A stretch of 64,000 nucleotides of DNA from Felis catus (lineage: Eukaryota), in contig NC_058377.1 of NCBI RefSeq assembly GCF_018350175.1, positions 14,570,001 to 14,634,000 of the forward strand, written 5' to 3'. Of the stretch, positions 1 to 12,749 are shown piece after piece (the stretch's first letter is position 1; the number at the start of each line of letters is the position of its first letter). Made by a program: the position numbers and the translations under genes. The notes under the pieces are model-generated. The model had not been told where the DNA came from and ran no database searches. It saw only the letters and a program-made list of their open reading frames with translations.

Positions 1-100
1 CAGCATGGAGCCTGTTTGGGATTCTCACACATGCGCTCTTTCTCTCTGCCCCTTTCCCCCTTAAAATAAAAATAAACTAAAAAAAAAAAAAAAAAAAAAA
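1..100 (+). mobile_element. Can-SINE 3' end (truncated by window edge)
   Basis: GGAGCCTGTTTGGGATTCTC, a CT-rich segment and an AATAAA/poly-A tail. Confidence 0.75.
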
Positions 101-260
101 GGTTCCCCTTGCCACTGTAAATTTTAACTCTCCTCATTTCCCTACAGTTTTTAAAACTTCTCCAAAGAAATGCCATTCTCATTTCTAAAGACCGCAAGAA
201 GTAAAAGGTCCAAAAGAAAGCACTCAGAATAAGTCCCTCTATGGACAATCAAATGCTTAC

Positions 261-3200
261 CTTTAGAATCATGCTTATGGGATTTTGCTCGCTTTTTTCG
301 TGGAGGAGAGCGGTCTGAGTCATACTCATATTTGCTGTTCTTTGGGATTGATGTGTGAGATGGTCCCGGCCCCTTCGAATGTGGAGAAGTTTTCCTAGAA
401 GCTCTCTCTGGGCCTTTACTGCTTTTGGGTCTGGGCAGTGAATGAGGGACACTAGCAGCCAAATCAGGGGAGTTATGATGGGCCCTCCTGAGCTGTGATG
501 TGTCCAAGGAGTCATGAGTCCTTCTAGGTTGAGATGTGTCAGGTGAGCTATTTTGAGCCCTTCTGGGAACAGAGCTATCTGAGGAATTGTGACAGGCCCT
601 CCTAGGAAGAGATGAATCTGGTGTGTCATGATGGGTTCTCCTAGGAGACATGCCTGAAGAATGACGATGAGGCTTCCTGAGGGGAGAAGGATCCAGAGAA
701 GTATGACGGACCCTCCTGGGGGGAGATGGGTCCGGGGTGTCGTGACGGACCCTCCTGGGGGGAGATGGGTCCGGGGTGTCGTGACGGACCCTCCTGGGGG
801 GAGATGGGTCCGGGGTGTCGTGACGGACCCTCCTGGGGGGAGATGGGTCCGGGGTGTCGTGACGGACCCTCCTCGGGGCAGATGGGTCCGGGGTGTCGTG
901 ACGGACCCTCCTCGGGGGAGATGGGTCCGGGGTGTCGTGACGGACCCTCCTCGGGGGAGATGGGTCCGGGGTGTCGTGACGGACCCTCCTCGGGGGAGAT
1001 GGGTCCGGGGTGTCGTGACGGACCCTCCTTGGGGGAGATGGGTCCGGGGTGTCGTGACGGACCCTCCTTGGGGGAGATGAATCCAGGGAGTCACGACGGA
1101 AGTGTCTGTGTGAGGGCAGATCTTCACTGTGACCTAAACACAAATAGCAAAAGTAAGATCCCCACAAATGCCCTATTCACCCTTGATATGCAAAGTTTCA
1201 AAAGATGGCCCAGGAGCAAACATCTCAAAACTACTCAGAAATCTTCTGCTTAGGGGCAATAAACCAGCATTCACTCAGGAATACCTTAAAAATAACATCT
1301 CCTAGGGGTGCCTGGGTGGCTCAGTCGGTTAAATGTCTGGCTTCGGCTCAGGTCACGATCTCACAGTTCGTGGAGTTCGAGCCCCACATCAGGCTCTGTG
1401 CTGACAGTTCTGAGCCTGGAGCCTGCTTCAGATTCTGTGTCTCCCTCTCTCTCTGCCCCTCCCCCACTCATGCTCTGTCTCTGTCTCAAAAATAAACATT
1501 TAAAAAAATGTTTTAAAGAAAAAAATAAATAACCTCTCCTATCTGCCTAACGAGCCATTTAAATGCATTTTTCATATTATACCTTTTAAGGTACACTGGG
1601 CAGGTATCCTTGTTTCACAGACATGTGAAACAGAGGCTCCAAGGAGCTGAGTGATTTCTTACCAAAGGTCACAGCCACTAAGACGAAGAGATAGGCTAAC
1701 ACCCTGATCCTCTCTCAATCCAATGCTCTTCTCAAAACTGTGCCTGTGCAGAGCTCCCAGTCAGAGGCTCCTACTGATATTTAGACTAGGTAACACACAG
1801 TTTATACTCACTCTTCTTTCAAAATGCAGACTGACTAAGCCTGTCCTGCATCAAAATGAAATGTAATTAACTATTTGATCAATGTCACTGTGCTCTTTAC
1901 TGGGGGGAGAGCACCAGAAAAAAAGAGGGATCAGCATTTCCTGATCACGTATTACAAGTCCATGGTTTATACGGATTCCCTCACTGAATTCTCACAAGCC
2001 TGAAAGATAAATACTGTTATCTCATTTTATAGATGAAGAAGTTGATACTCAGAAACACTAAGTCCTACTGCCAAAGTCACACTGCTAATAAGTGATAGAG
2101 GATCCATTCCAGATCTGTTTGACTGTAGAGTCCATGTGCAATTTTTTAAACTAGGTAGCTGAGGAAAGAGTTTGAAACTTCCAGTTTTCAAAGGTATAAG
2201 AGAATGAAATGTTTACAGCAACTCAAGACATTTCCAAAATCCAGTATTTCTTGTCATTGAGCTCCACATCCCAAATTCAAATGCTCGGTAGGACCCAATA
2301 AATACTTGCTAAGTGGATGAATTAAACCAAGTCAACTCCTTTACTTTGGGAAATAGTCCTATCTGATTGCAATCACCACTCAGAGAAAAGTACTGATATC
2401 TGTGGGACACCTGACAGCAAATCTAATCCATGGCGTTGATAAATTCCATGATATTTACAAAAAGGAAGTAAGAATCAGAGACCAAAGAGGATATTTCCAG
2501 GGACAAATGGGGATGGAGCAGTGAGAGTTAAGTAGAAGAAAAACAACTATTCAAGGGTGATGGGGTGGGGGTTCGGTATCTCTTCCTAGACCTATAAATA
2601 TGGAGACCTGAAGATTCTCTCTGAAAAAAGGACTGTGGAAAAAACAATAAATAACAACAAAGAAAAAAGAAAAAAGGATTATGGAAAAGATTAGAAACAC
2701 ACCCACAGAGAAAAACAAAATAGTAAGAGTGAACAAGATTCGGATAAAAGAATACATACTGATAATAAAATTTTAATTCATAGAACATAATAATAATATA
2801 CTGAAAAGTAACTGAGGCAATAGTGATCACTAACCTATAACCAACAGTCACTTTTATTATGCATGTTTTTCTTATCAGAATTGTAGGATAATTAACATAA
2901 GCACAAAATATAAAACAGAAAGAACAAATCTTGTTTAGGAGTTAATTCGTCTACTACTCTGCATGTATGAAAAAGGAACAAGTGTTGAGAGCAAACTGGA
3001 GTTAAATGGCTATACAGAAGCAAGATTCCTGATTATGCTAGGTGGGAGAAAGACCAAACCAATTACGAACAGGTCTTGTCAGGGCACCTGGGTGGCTCAG
3101 TCGGTTAAGTGGCGGACTTTAGCCCAGGTCATGATCCCACAGTTCGTGAGTCCGAGCCCTGCATCAGGTTCTGTGCTGACAGCTCAGAGCCTGGAGCCTG

Positions 3201-6200
3201 TTTCAGATTCTGTGTCTCCCTCTTTCTCTGTCCCTCCCCTGCTTGCACTCTATCTCTCTGTCTCTCTCTCTCTCAAAAATAAAAATAAACATTAAAAAAA
3301 ATTTTTTTTTAAAAAGAACAGGTCTTGTTTCCACTCAAGACATGACAAACAAATGTCATTTGTCCATTCTCAAAGAACTCAAAACCTTTTTAAATAGGGA
3401 GTTAAATTATTAGCCTAGGGAGAGGGTACACAGTGGGCAAGTGGAGGATCATGCACTGCAAAATACCCATGTTTAAAGAAAGAACGAAGAAAGACTTAAC
3501 TATATACTAAGTGCTCTCCTATTTGGGCCAGAGGTCAGTGGTTACTGCAAGGCCCCCAAATAAGTCACTTCCTGACTTATGTGTAACCTAAGTTAGTAAC
3601 CCTAACTAATGCCGAAATAAAAGAGAAAATGGGACACCTGGTCACTCAGTTCCCATGTCTTGCTACCTCCGAAGAAGTTCTGAATTCTTTTTCGCACTGT
3701 ATTTTTCAGGATTAAGGACACACTAAAACAACCTATATATGCCTCTAAAAAAAAAAGTGTAGAGAAAAAAAAAAAAAAGGCTTCCCCTATAAATGAGAAA
3801 TTTAGATTTATCTACTGTTGAAACTAACCTCCTAGAAGCTTCCATTTGGCACTGGAACGAAAGGCTTCCATCTGCTTGACCTCTTCTGGCCGCTCATCCA
3901 CAAACTCAGCCACCTGTCAGAGTTAGGACAACTTACATTGAGAAAATCCACAGGATCCGGTCAAGGAGCACTACTGTTTCAGGAACCTAAAGCTATCACC
4001 ATTCCCATTCTCAATGCACATGGCACACACGAGTCCAAAACAGCCATGAAGAAACATATAGAAATATGTAGTGGTCCTCAGTTATGTTTGTCCTATGAGA
4101 TGTTTATCTGATTGTCACTGGATAGTTTAATTATACATCTTTCTCTGACTAATCAATTTTCCTCCAAATGTGAACTTCTTCATTACAAACCTTCTTTATC
4201 AACCTGTCAGGTGCACAACTGCCCCAGGGAAGCTGAAAGCTAAATTCCTTTCACCTTTCTACTTTTATGTTATATCCAGAGTGACAATACAGGCCGGCTC
4301 CCTGGCACTCCTATCGCTCATCAAGGGCTTCAGGCTCCTTATGAAACCTTTGTTGTCAGAGGTAGTCACAATGACAGATCTTCTTAAATCCAACCAAAAG
4401 AAATCATTAAGAAGTACACAGAATCACAGAATCTTTAAGGGATAAAAACATTTCAGATCATCAAAATTCCCAAACAAATCTGGAATATTCTTGTATCCTT
4501 GATAAATGATCACTCACCCAGTCCCTCCCTGACAGGGACCCAATTAATTTACAGACAGGGAACTCATTATATTACAAGATAGTGCATTGTATTTGGGGGC
4601 AGTGCTAGAAAGTCCTTAGTTTTATTGGACCTGTACCGACTTTCCTGTAACTTCTTTCCAGTAACCCTAGTTCTGACCCTGATGCAACTGATGCCCTTTC
4701 CACAAAACAGACTGTCAAAGATGGCTGGTGTTAATAAATTCTAGTTAAAGAGTAGCAACCATGTGCCAGGTACTGTGTTTGGGGTTTTACTTATATTATC
4801 TCACTCAATCCTCACAACAGGCCTGCAAAGAAAGGTTCCACACTAATAAAGAACAAACTAAGACTCAGAGAAATTAAGTAAATTTCTCAATGTCACAAGC
4901 CAGCAAGTGGCAGAACTGAAATCCAAACCCAGGTCATAATTCACCTCTATTTCTCTGTATCACTCCTCACGTAACCTGGTTTTGAGATATCTCACCAGGT
5001 AATAAAAGCACAGGCTTGAATTCAAGCAAGATGAATTGAGATCTAATCACCAGCTCTGCCACTGAAAATGTGTGCAGCCTTTGGCAAGTTATTTTCTCTA
5101 AGCCTCGATTTCCTCATTTGTGAAAGGACTCAAAGGATTGCTATGAGGATTCAGTGAGCTAATTCATATAAGCTAAGCAGCTTGGGACATGGTAAATGCT
5201 CAATAAATTACACGTATTATTCTTGTGCTCCCACTGCTATCGTACTTGTCCTAATTATTTTGCCATTGTTACTAGTGGTGGCGATGGTCTTGCAGTAACA
5301 AAAATGAATTCAATAATCAAGACCTGTTTTAACCAGAGTAGAGAGGAGTGGAGCTAAAGCCTTCCTCGCTCAGGTTTTAAGGCAATCATAAGAGCAAAAG
5401 ACAGTATCGTAAAGGAAAATTAACAGACTTGACTATAGAAATTAAAATTTTTAAATGTCAAAACTACTATAAATGAAAAAACAAATAATAAAATATATCT
5501 ATAACAGGTAAGACAGGTAATATATTGTATTACATAAACACCAAATCAATGAAAGAAAATTTTAAGTCCAACTTTCTAAACAATGGAAAAAATACCAAAA
5601 AATTCATAAAATACGAATGCCCTATAAACATAGGAAAAAAATTATTCACTATTTTTCTAAGAAACAATACCATTGTTCACCTGCAAACTGGCGTAAGTTC
5701 ACTATTATTTCTGTTGTTGTAAATAATGCTCCAGTATTGATGAAGAAATGGGGAAAATGGCATTCTCAAACAACTGTAGGGGAAGGAGAAACTGGTACCA
5801 CCGTTTGGAAAACAATACGAGAATACAGCTCAAAAGGACCATACTTTCTAACCTATTAATTCCACTTTGTGGGGATAAAGAAACAAACAGATTTCTACAA
5901 TGATTTATGCACAGAGGCTTCTCAAAGCGCTATATTTCAAAACAGAAAACAATCCATACGTCCAGTAAGAGAACAGGTTAAATTAATGTATACAATGAAC
6001 TACCACTGAAACCACTAAAAATCACATTCTCAAAGAATATTTTAAAGTCTCACTAAAGTATTCACAACATATTATTAAATGAAAAAGCAAGCTCCAAAAC
6101 CATAATTCAGTATGATCTCAATTATATCTTAAAAAATAAATAAAACAGAAGTCTGTATTATCTATGGATTAAAGAGACGGGCATCCAAATGGGAGCAGTT

Positions 6201-9200
6201 GCCATCTCTGGATAGTCACAGTATAAGTGATTATTGTATTATTTTCAGAATTGTAAACTTTCTTATAATTTCCAAATATTCTACAATTAATATGTATTGC
6301 TTTTGGAGTGCCTAGGTGGCTCAGTCAGTAGAACACGTGACTCTTGATCTGGGGGTTGTGAGTTTGAGCCTCACACTGGGTGTAGAGATTACTTAAAAAT
6401 AAAAATAAACATTTAAAAAATTATGTATTGCTTTTATAACATAAAAAAAATTTTGTAAACATTAATTGACTGGTTCTGACTGAAACTAAATTGGTCACTT
6501 ATGATCACTACTTCCCTTCTTCCTTTTCTTTTGTTTTTAAAGTAATCTCTACACCCAACATGGGGCTCAAACTCAAAACCCTAAGATCAAAAGCCACTCG
6601 CTCTACTGGCTGAGCCAGCCAGGCACCCCACTATTTCCCTTCTAATTACTGATAAATTTTCTCTTAGATGATGTACTACAGAATATGCTGGACATCAACA
6701 TTCAATATACTCATCAGGAATTCATTTTTACAACTTTAGTGCAATACAGCCCAACAACAGCTCTCCTTTTCACCTTGTTTCTCAGCAAAGTTTCCATGAC
6801 GGTAATAATTCAAGATTATTTGCCTATCCGTTTGCCCACTTGGTTCTTACTCATCCTTCAAAACTCAGTTTGGATATTTATTTACTTCCTTGATAGAATC
6901 TCCCAGGAGAATAAAAAAATGTGCCACTTTCCCTGTGTTCTAATAGCACTTGGTACATATGTGAAATGTCTCTCCACCATTTATCACATTGTTGAAATTA
7001 TTTGAAATTCTGTCTCCCATCTAGGGTATCATCTCTAAAGTACAGACACTAAGTTTTATTAACCTACGTATCCACAATACTTCGACAAAAGTATACAATT
7101 TTAAACTTCGTTGAATCAATGAAAAACAAGGAGCAAATAAGTTTCCTGTAACTGAGCCTGAACACTGTTTGCAAGGTACATTCCAATAAACTGAACTATG
7201 GTTAATCGTAAACATATTCTATTGCTGATGTTGAGAAATTTTGCCACTCTGGGATTAGTTCCCATTCCCAGGCTAACAGGGCCCTCCATAAACAAAGAAA
7301 ACAGTGCACAGGCATCATCAAAGAAGACTACTTTAAAGCATCTTTGACGGGCATCTAGGTAGCTCAGTCGTTAAGTGTCTGACTCTTGACTTCAGCTCAG
7401 CTCATGATCTCACGGTTCATGGGTTCGAGCCCTGCATCAGGCTCCAGGCTGACAGTGCAGAGCCTGTGTGGGATTCTCTCTCTATCCCTCTCTCTCTGCC
7501 CCTCCTGTGTTCTCTCACTTTCTCAAAATAAAAAAATAAATAAAATAAATAAAAATAGCTCTTTGAAAAGTGTCACCCCTTTTCTGCCCTCAACGTTCCC
7601 CCTTATAAATCTACCCTGTACCGGGAATGGAGATTGAGAGACAGGCTTGCATTTCAAAGTCCTCATCACAGACTCAAAAGATACATACCACAGGCAAATC
7701 TCCATCATCTTCCTCTTCCTCCTTTTCCGGTTTAGTGGTGGAAATAGATGTCCAGCTCACATCATCATCCACGATCCGCATTCTAAATGTTAAAAAAAAA
7801 AAAAAAAAGAAGAAGAAGAAGAATCAATCTTGGATAACAGCCTACAAACACTACAGATTGTAGCATAAAGCTCAAAATCCTACAAGATTCTGCAAGGTCC
7901 AGTCTTTGCCTATATGGCCCACTTCATCTGGTACCCCTGCCTCCACAAGTTCACTACCTCACTTTTGGTGCCTGGAATGAACCAAATTCCTTACCACATC
8001 AGTTTTCACATAAGCAGTTCCTTCCCTCTGTCTGACCTACTCTTCTCATTCTTTACTAGAAAACTCTTACTCATTCTTAAGATCCTAGCATACATTTAAC
8101 TTCCCGGAGCATGTCCTCCTTAACTTCTCCCCTTATTTCCCTCAACTAAGAACCCGTGTTACACATCCTTGGAATACTTTCATTGCATTAATGCAAAGAA
8201 AATAAGTCAATTCGTTGTGTAATTAGACGTTTAAAGCCTGTATCCCCATTAAACAATAAGGTCCGCCAGAATGGGGACTAGGCCTTCTCATTCACAGGGA
8301 TATCCTCAACGCCCTGAAGTAACTGGCATAGCAAGTGCGTACTGAATAAACGTCGGTCACACAAACCATGGATGAGTCCAAATAAATAACAATGACTGCC
8401 ATAATGTGAACAGTTCTGTTTGAAAAGCCAGTATCACTTTATACATCTCTAAATCTTGTTTGATGTTTATTTATTTTTGAGAGAGAGAGAGACAGAGTGC
8501 CAGCAGAGGAAGGGCAGAGAAAGAGAGACACACAGAAGCTGAAACAGGCTCCAGGCTCTGAGGTGTCAGCACAGAGCCCAAGACAGGGGTCGAACGCACG
8601 ACTGTGAGATCATGACCTGAGCCACAATCAGACGCTTGACACGTCCAGGCACCTCTACTTTATACACCTCTAATCATAACCATAAAATGCTATCATTATT
8701 ACTCTCTTTTATTTATTATGGGGTAGCACAGCGGGGGAGGGGCGGAGAGAGGAAGACAGAGGATCTGAAGTGGGCTCTGTGCGGACAGGCTGACAACGGC
8801 GAGCCTGATGTGGAGCTCAAACCCACGAACCCTGCGATCACGACCTGAGCTGAAGTCGGACGCTCAATCGGCTGAGCCACCCAGACGCTCCAATTATTAC
8901 TCTATTTTATTTTTTTTTTAATTTTTTTTCAACGTTTATTTATTTTTGGGACAGAGAGAGACAGAGCATGAACGGGGGAGGGGCAGGGAGAGAGGGAGAC
9001 ACAGAATCGGAAACAGGCTCCAGGCTCCGAGCCATCAGCCCAGAGCCCGACGCGGGGCTCGAACTCACGGACCGCGAGATCGTGACCTGGCTGAAGTCGG
9101 ACGCTTAACCGACTGCGCCACCCAGGCGCCCCTATTACTCTATTTTAAAGATGAGGAAACAGGCGTAGAGAGACCACGTGTCCCGCCCACAGCCACACAG

Positions 9201-10521
9201 CTCACAAAGTGGCACAGCTCGGACTCAAACTGTGGTGTCACTCCAAAGCTCAAGCTAGTTTCACTGCGTGGCACTGTCTCCAAAGAATCCACCCAAGTCA
9301 GGAGGGCAGGAAGACAGAAAGCGAGAATAGGCAAGAATCAAATCAGGAAAGGAAATGGGTTTGTTCTTTGGAACTGGGCATATTGGTTCCCTAGGGCTGC
9401 CTAACAAAGTACCACAAGGTGGGTGGCTCCAAACAACAGAAACTATTCCCTCACAGTTCTGGAGGCTTTAAGTCTAAAGCCAAGGCGTCTGCAAGGCAAT
9501 GCCCACTGGGAAGGCTCTAAGGGAGGACGTTTCCTTGACTTCGGATAGCCCCAGGCATACTCTAGCTAGTGGCAGCCTACACCCAGTCCCATCTCAGCCT
9601 CCATCTTCACAAGGCTGTGTTCTCCCTATGCCTCCCCCCACGCCCAAGTTTCCCTCTTCTTAAAAGGACACAGTCATACTGGATTTAGCACCCGTCGTAA
9701 TCCACTAGGACCACATCTTAACCAATTACATCTGTAAAGGCACGATTTCCAAAGAATGTCACATTCTGAGGCTCTGAGGGGACATGAAGGGGGCAAGGGC
9801 GCTATTCAACCCAGTACAGCGGGCTACAAAGTTTTCTCATTTGAACAATGGGGATATTAAGAATACCAACTTCGTGGTAGTATCATAAAGCTTAAATAAA
9901 TTCATCTACGTCTAAAGTACTTAGAACAGCATCTGGTGCATGACAAGAACTGCTAATAGCAACACTATGAAGACCAACAGGAAGTAAGCATAGGTCTCTC
10001 ACTCAGAACCGGAGTCCCTGGGATTGCTGAACCCCACAGACAGGTTCTGGGCCCTAAATACCCAAACACGGAGGCTTTGGATGAGCTCCACCATTATTCT
10101 CAAGGCAAGATACTCATTCTCTACAGGAGTGGACGGAACGCTACGAGGGCGGGAAAAGAGGAAAGTTACAGCCGGGCTGGAGACGTCGAAGATACCGCCC
10201 AGGGGCGCGAGGGGTGCGCAGGGCGCCAGAGCGGGGCTCCGGGCTCCGGGCTCCGGCCGGACGAGCCCTGCGAGGAGCGGGACGGGCGGCCCGGAGAGGG
10301 GGAAGCGCCGGCCGAGGGCGGAGTTGGGGAGAGGGGCGGCGAGTCGCCTCAGGCCCCGCCCCGCCAGAGCCAACTCACCCCTTGCCGCCGGCCCCGCCAG
10401 GCTTCGGCCGCTTTCTGCGACGCCTGCGACCCGACTCAGAGGCCCCATCGACGCCGGCACCTGCCCCAGACAAATAACGCTTCAGGTACTCGGCCTTGGA
10501 GACCGGCGGAGCTGCCGCCAT
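261..10521 (-). CDS. BUD13: BUD13 homolog (RES splicing complex subunit), coding exons 1-4; gene continues beyond the left edge
   Basis: Exons 10379-10521 (MAAAPPVSKAEYLKRYLSG...), 7689-7782 (MRIVDDDVSWTSISTTKPEKEEEEDDGDLPV), 3829-3913 (VAEFVDERPEEVKQMEAFRSSAKWKLLG) and 261-1133 (HSEDLPSHRHF...RRVRHDTPDPSPP repeats...HDSK). All introns are GT-AG and phases are consistent (143/94/85/873 nt). The protein is recognisable as BUD13. Confidence 0.96.
703..1068 (-). repeat. Coding minisatellite, 39-bp unit x9 plus a partial unit, encoding RRVRHDTPDPSPP
   Basis: The motif TGACGGACCCTCCT recurs every 39 nt, from 704 to 1055 (351 = 9x39). Degenerate units flank both sides. Confidence 0.97.
1305..1526 (+). 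mobile_element. Can-SINE (SINEC)
   Basis: GGGGTGCCTGGGTGGCTCAGTCGGTTAA head, (CT)n and A tail; approximate TSD AAATAAC(A/C)TCTCCT. Confidence 0.9.
3082..3315 (+). mobile_element. Can-SINE (SINEC)
   Basis: tRNA-derived head, CT repeat and tail; TSD GAACAGGTCTTGT on both sides. Confidence 0.9.
5400..6290 (+). mobile_element. Old LINE-1 3' fragment
   Basis: A-rich, with degenerate L1 ORF2-end/3'UTR motifs (ACTGGTACCACCGTTTGGAAAACAAT; AATTCCACTT). Boundaries approximate. Confidence 0.6.
6305..6630. mobile_element. Two short older Can-SINEs (+ at 6305-6420, - at ~6530-6630)
   Basis: GTGCCTAGGTGGCTCAGTC head with TSD TATGTATTGCTTTT, plus a reverse copy ending GCCAGCCAGGCACCC. Confidence 0.75.
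7348..7555 (+). mobile_element. Can-SINE (SINEC)
   Basis: Head GGGCATCTAGGTAGCTCAGTCG, CT tract and AATAAA tail. Confidence 0.85.
8455..9132 (-). mobile_element. Cluster of three Can-SINEs (~8455-8655, ~8706-8892, young SINEC_Fc 8910-9132)
   Basis: Three reverse-oriented SINE bodies. The youngest has TSD TATTACTCTATTTTA at 8895-8909 and 9133-9147. Confidence 0.9.
9380..9820. mobile_element. MLT1-family (ERVL-MaLR) solo LTR
   Basis: Typical motifs: AGGGCTGCCTAACAAAGTACCACAA...AAACAACAGAAA...TCACAGTTCTGGAGGC...TTAACCAATTACATCTG...ATTCAACCC. Confidence 0.75.
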
Positions 10522-10760
10522 GGCAGCGGCGGGGGCGGAGAGACGGCTCGGCGCTGGGGACAAAATTCTTGAACGCAAAACGCACGGAGCGGCCTTGAGG
10601 AGGCGGGGCCGGGACCGGAAGTGGTGAAGAGCTGTGAGACCGGCCTGGGGTGACACGAGAGCGCGTCCGCGGGGTGACGAGGGGCGCAGCCACGTCCGGC
10701 GTCCCTCCGCCAACGCAACGATGGTTTTGCGTGCGTCTATCCATCTGCTTTTTCAACAGG
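10150..10760. promoter_or_regulatory. CpG island / TATA-less BUD13 promoter
   Basis: GC- and CpG-rich around exon 1, with a GC box GAGGCGGGGC at ~10600-10609 and an ETS motif CCGGAAGT at 10615-10622. Confidence 0.85.
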
Positions 10761-12022
10761 TGGTGCACCAGCACGAGGCCACCACCACGACCCGAACAAG
10801 ATCTCTGCCCAAGGCAACTTCAAAAGCACCAGTGTCAAGGACAGGGGCCCTGGAGGGGCAGAGTATGGAGTCGGGGCTCCGTTGACTTCCTAGCTGTAGG
10901 ACCTTGGGCAAGTCATTTAACAAAATGGGGAGAATGGCACCTAACTGCGTGGTTGGGAGGAACGAGATACTATTACTGCGTGAAGTGCTTAGAAAAGTGT
11001 GTAGCGCACAGTACATATTACCAGTTATTTGTATTAGTATAGGTTTAGGTGGGGGAGTTTAGCTCTAATAGGCTTCTAAGAACGACTCAAGAGAGGAAGT
11101 CAGGAATTCCAAACCCAGTGTAATTACTGTGAAAAAACATGGTTTCCAACCCCTGAACTTCCCCGTGTTTGATATCATAGGTGGCCCCTAACTATCGCTT
11201 GCCTAAAATCTTTCCAATGAAAAGGACTTGTTTCTACTTTCAGCATAGCAAACCAGGGAAGCTAGAGAGGTTGAATTCTAATTCTCAAGTATGTTTCACA
11301 AATGAGAAAACAGAAGCCTGGTGAGGTTAAGGAAGTTGCCCTAACTTCACACAGCCAAAACATGACCCTTGGGAACAGAGGCTAGCAAAGTGAGGTGCAA
11401 GAGGTAAATCCAAAGTTTTTGAAATAAAATATTAGCTCGTGTATTTTCCTTATCTCATGATAAATTTTTGTCAATCTGTGACAGTATATTAGTCAAGAAG
11501 GCTTGTTATACTTTGTAAGTACTCAGAATTCAGACTACATGTTCAAAAAATACACGTATTAAAATAGGTGCATGCATAAACTTGTAGCCACTGGCTTATC
11601 CTGAGAGGTCCAGCTCAGGCCCAGGAAGGAAGACAGACTATGTCTCTGAGGGCTTGTGGGAGGGGGATACTGGACTGATACAGGGCTTCATTAGCTGGAG
11701 GGCCCCATGGGTCCCCCTGCAGACACAGCCCTGTGTTGGCTTCTAGTCCACTTCGGTGGATCTAACTGAACAGCAGAGCCCTGCCTCTGCCCTGCTGTCA
11801 GCAGGCATCTGAATGCCTCCTCCTTCTGCTCCAACAAGCATTACCAGAATCACCCTCTCCACCCCATCAACCCATCTCCTGCCCATGTCTCCAGTTCTAC
11901 CACTCCCTTCCTACTCACTTTGGCCTGACAAGTCCCAAGCTCAGACCCCAACCCTATCTCCCCCAAAGGGCAGTTGAGCAGGATTAAATTTATGCCCAGT
12001 GGCACTGGGCTTTGCCCTCTAG

Positions 12023-12313
12023 TTTATTAGCTGCATCTGGTAAAGCAAATGCAGGAATTATGGACTTGACCTCAAAAATCCACTTTAAGCCCCATGGCTG
12101 GAGGGCTTTATTTTGTTCAGTTCTGTGGTATGCCTGGCCCAAAGGAAGCACTCAAACATCTCCTGAAGGAATGAATGAAATGTCATCTCCAATCCCCAAA
12201 TTGGCTACCCTGGGGAAAAATTTTCCTCAGGAAATTGAATTCTACTAGCATAGTATCAAACAAGGACAGAGTGAATTCGGAGGCCAATCCTGTTGGAAAG
12301 CCATCATTTTAAT
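12023..12313 (-). terminator. Candidate ZPR1 polyadenylation signals
   Basis: Minus-strand ATTAAA at 12308-12313 and AATAAA at 12107-12112 and 12023-12028, downstream of the ZPR1 stop. Which one is used cannot be read from the sequence. Confidence 0.55.
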
Positions 12314-12749
12314 GAGAACTTCTCCTGTGCTGACTCCCTCCCCTCAGAAGACTCTTTTCCTGTTGAAAGCCAGTATTTTCTATTCCCCAACCAACTCCCA
12401 AACTCCAGATATCGCTGTCTTCCATCTGCAGAGTTCCAACCCTAGCAAGAGCATTATGTGGAGGGAGGGTAAATACTCGACAGGAAAAAAAGCGATGATG
12501 ACATGCCCCATGGTTCATTTCTGGGTTTCTTCCCAGGCCAATTCAAAACATCCAAAATATGGTCCAACAGGCTTGCACTTCTGTGACAAACTGTTCACAG
12601 ACTGTGCCCACATCTCTGACTCAGACCAGGTGTCCTCCCCCCAACATGGGCAAGGCCTGGTGGGGAGGACACCCCCAGCCTTTCCCAATACTAATAAACA
12701 GCCCCTTGGTCTGAGCAGCACTGGAGGCGGGCTCGGGAACCATCCACTA

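Noticed and set aside
703-1068. Regular ~39-bp repeat superficially like a CRISPR array
   Set aside because: There are no unique spacers, it lies in a eukaryotic coding exon, and there are no cas genes.
249-1253. Long alternative-frame and antisense ORFs (292, 139 and 175 aa) over BUD13 exon 4
   Set aside because: These are shadows of a stop-free 39-bp repeat whose length is a multiple of 3. Only the RRVRHDTPDPSPP frame splices in phase with BUD13.
1305-1390. tRNA-like A/B boxes in SINE heads
   Set aside because: These are the tRNA-derived promoters of Can-SINEs. There is no complete cloverleaf, so no tRNA gene is called.
8946-9404. Recurrent ORFs such as GQRETEHERGRGRERGRHRIGNRLQA and APGWRSRLSVRLQPGHDL at many positions
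   Set aside because: They are translations of Can-SINE copies, not a gene family.
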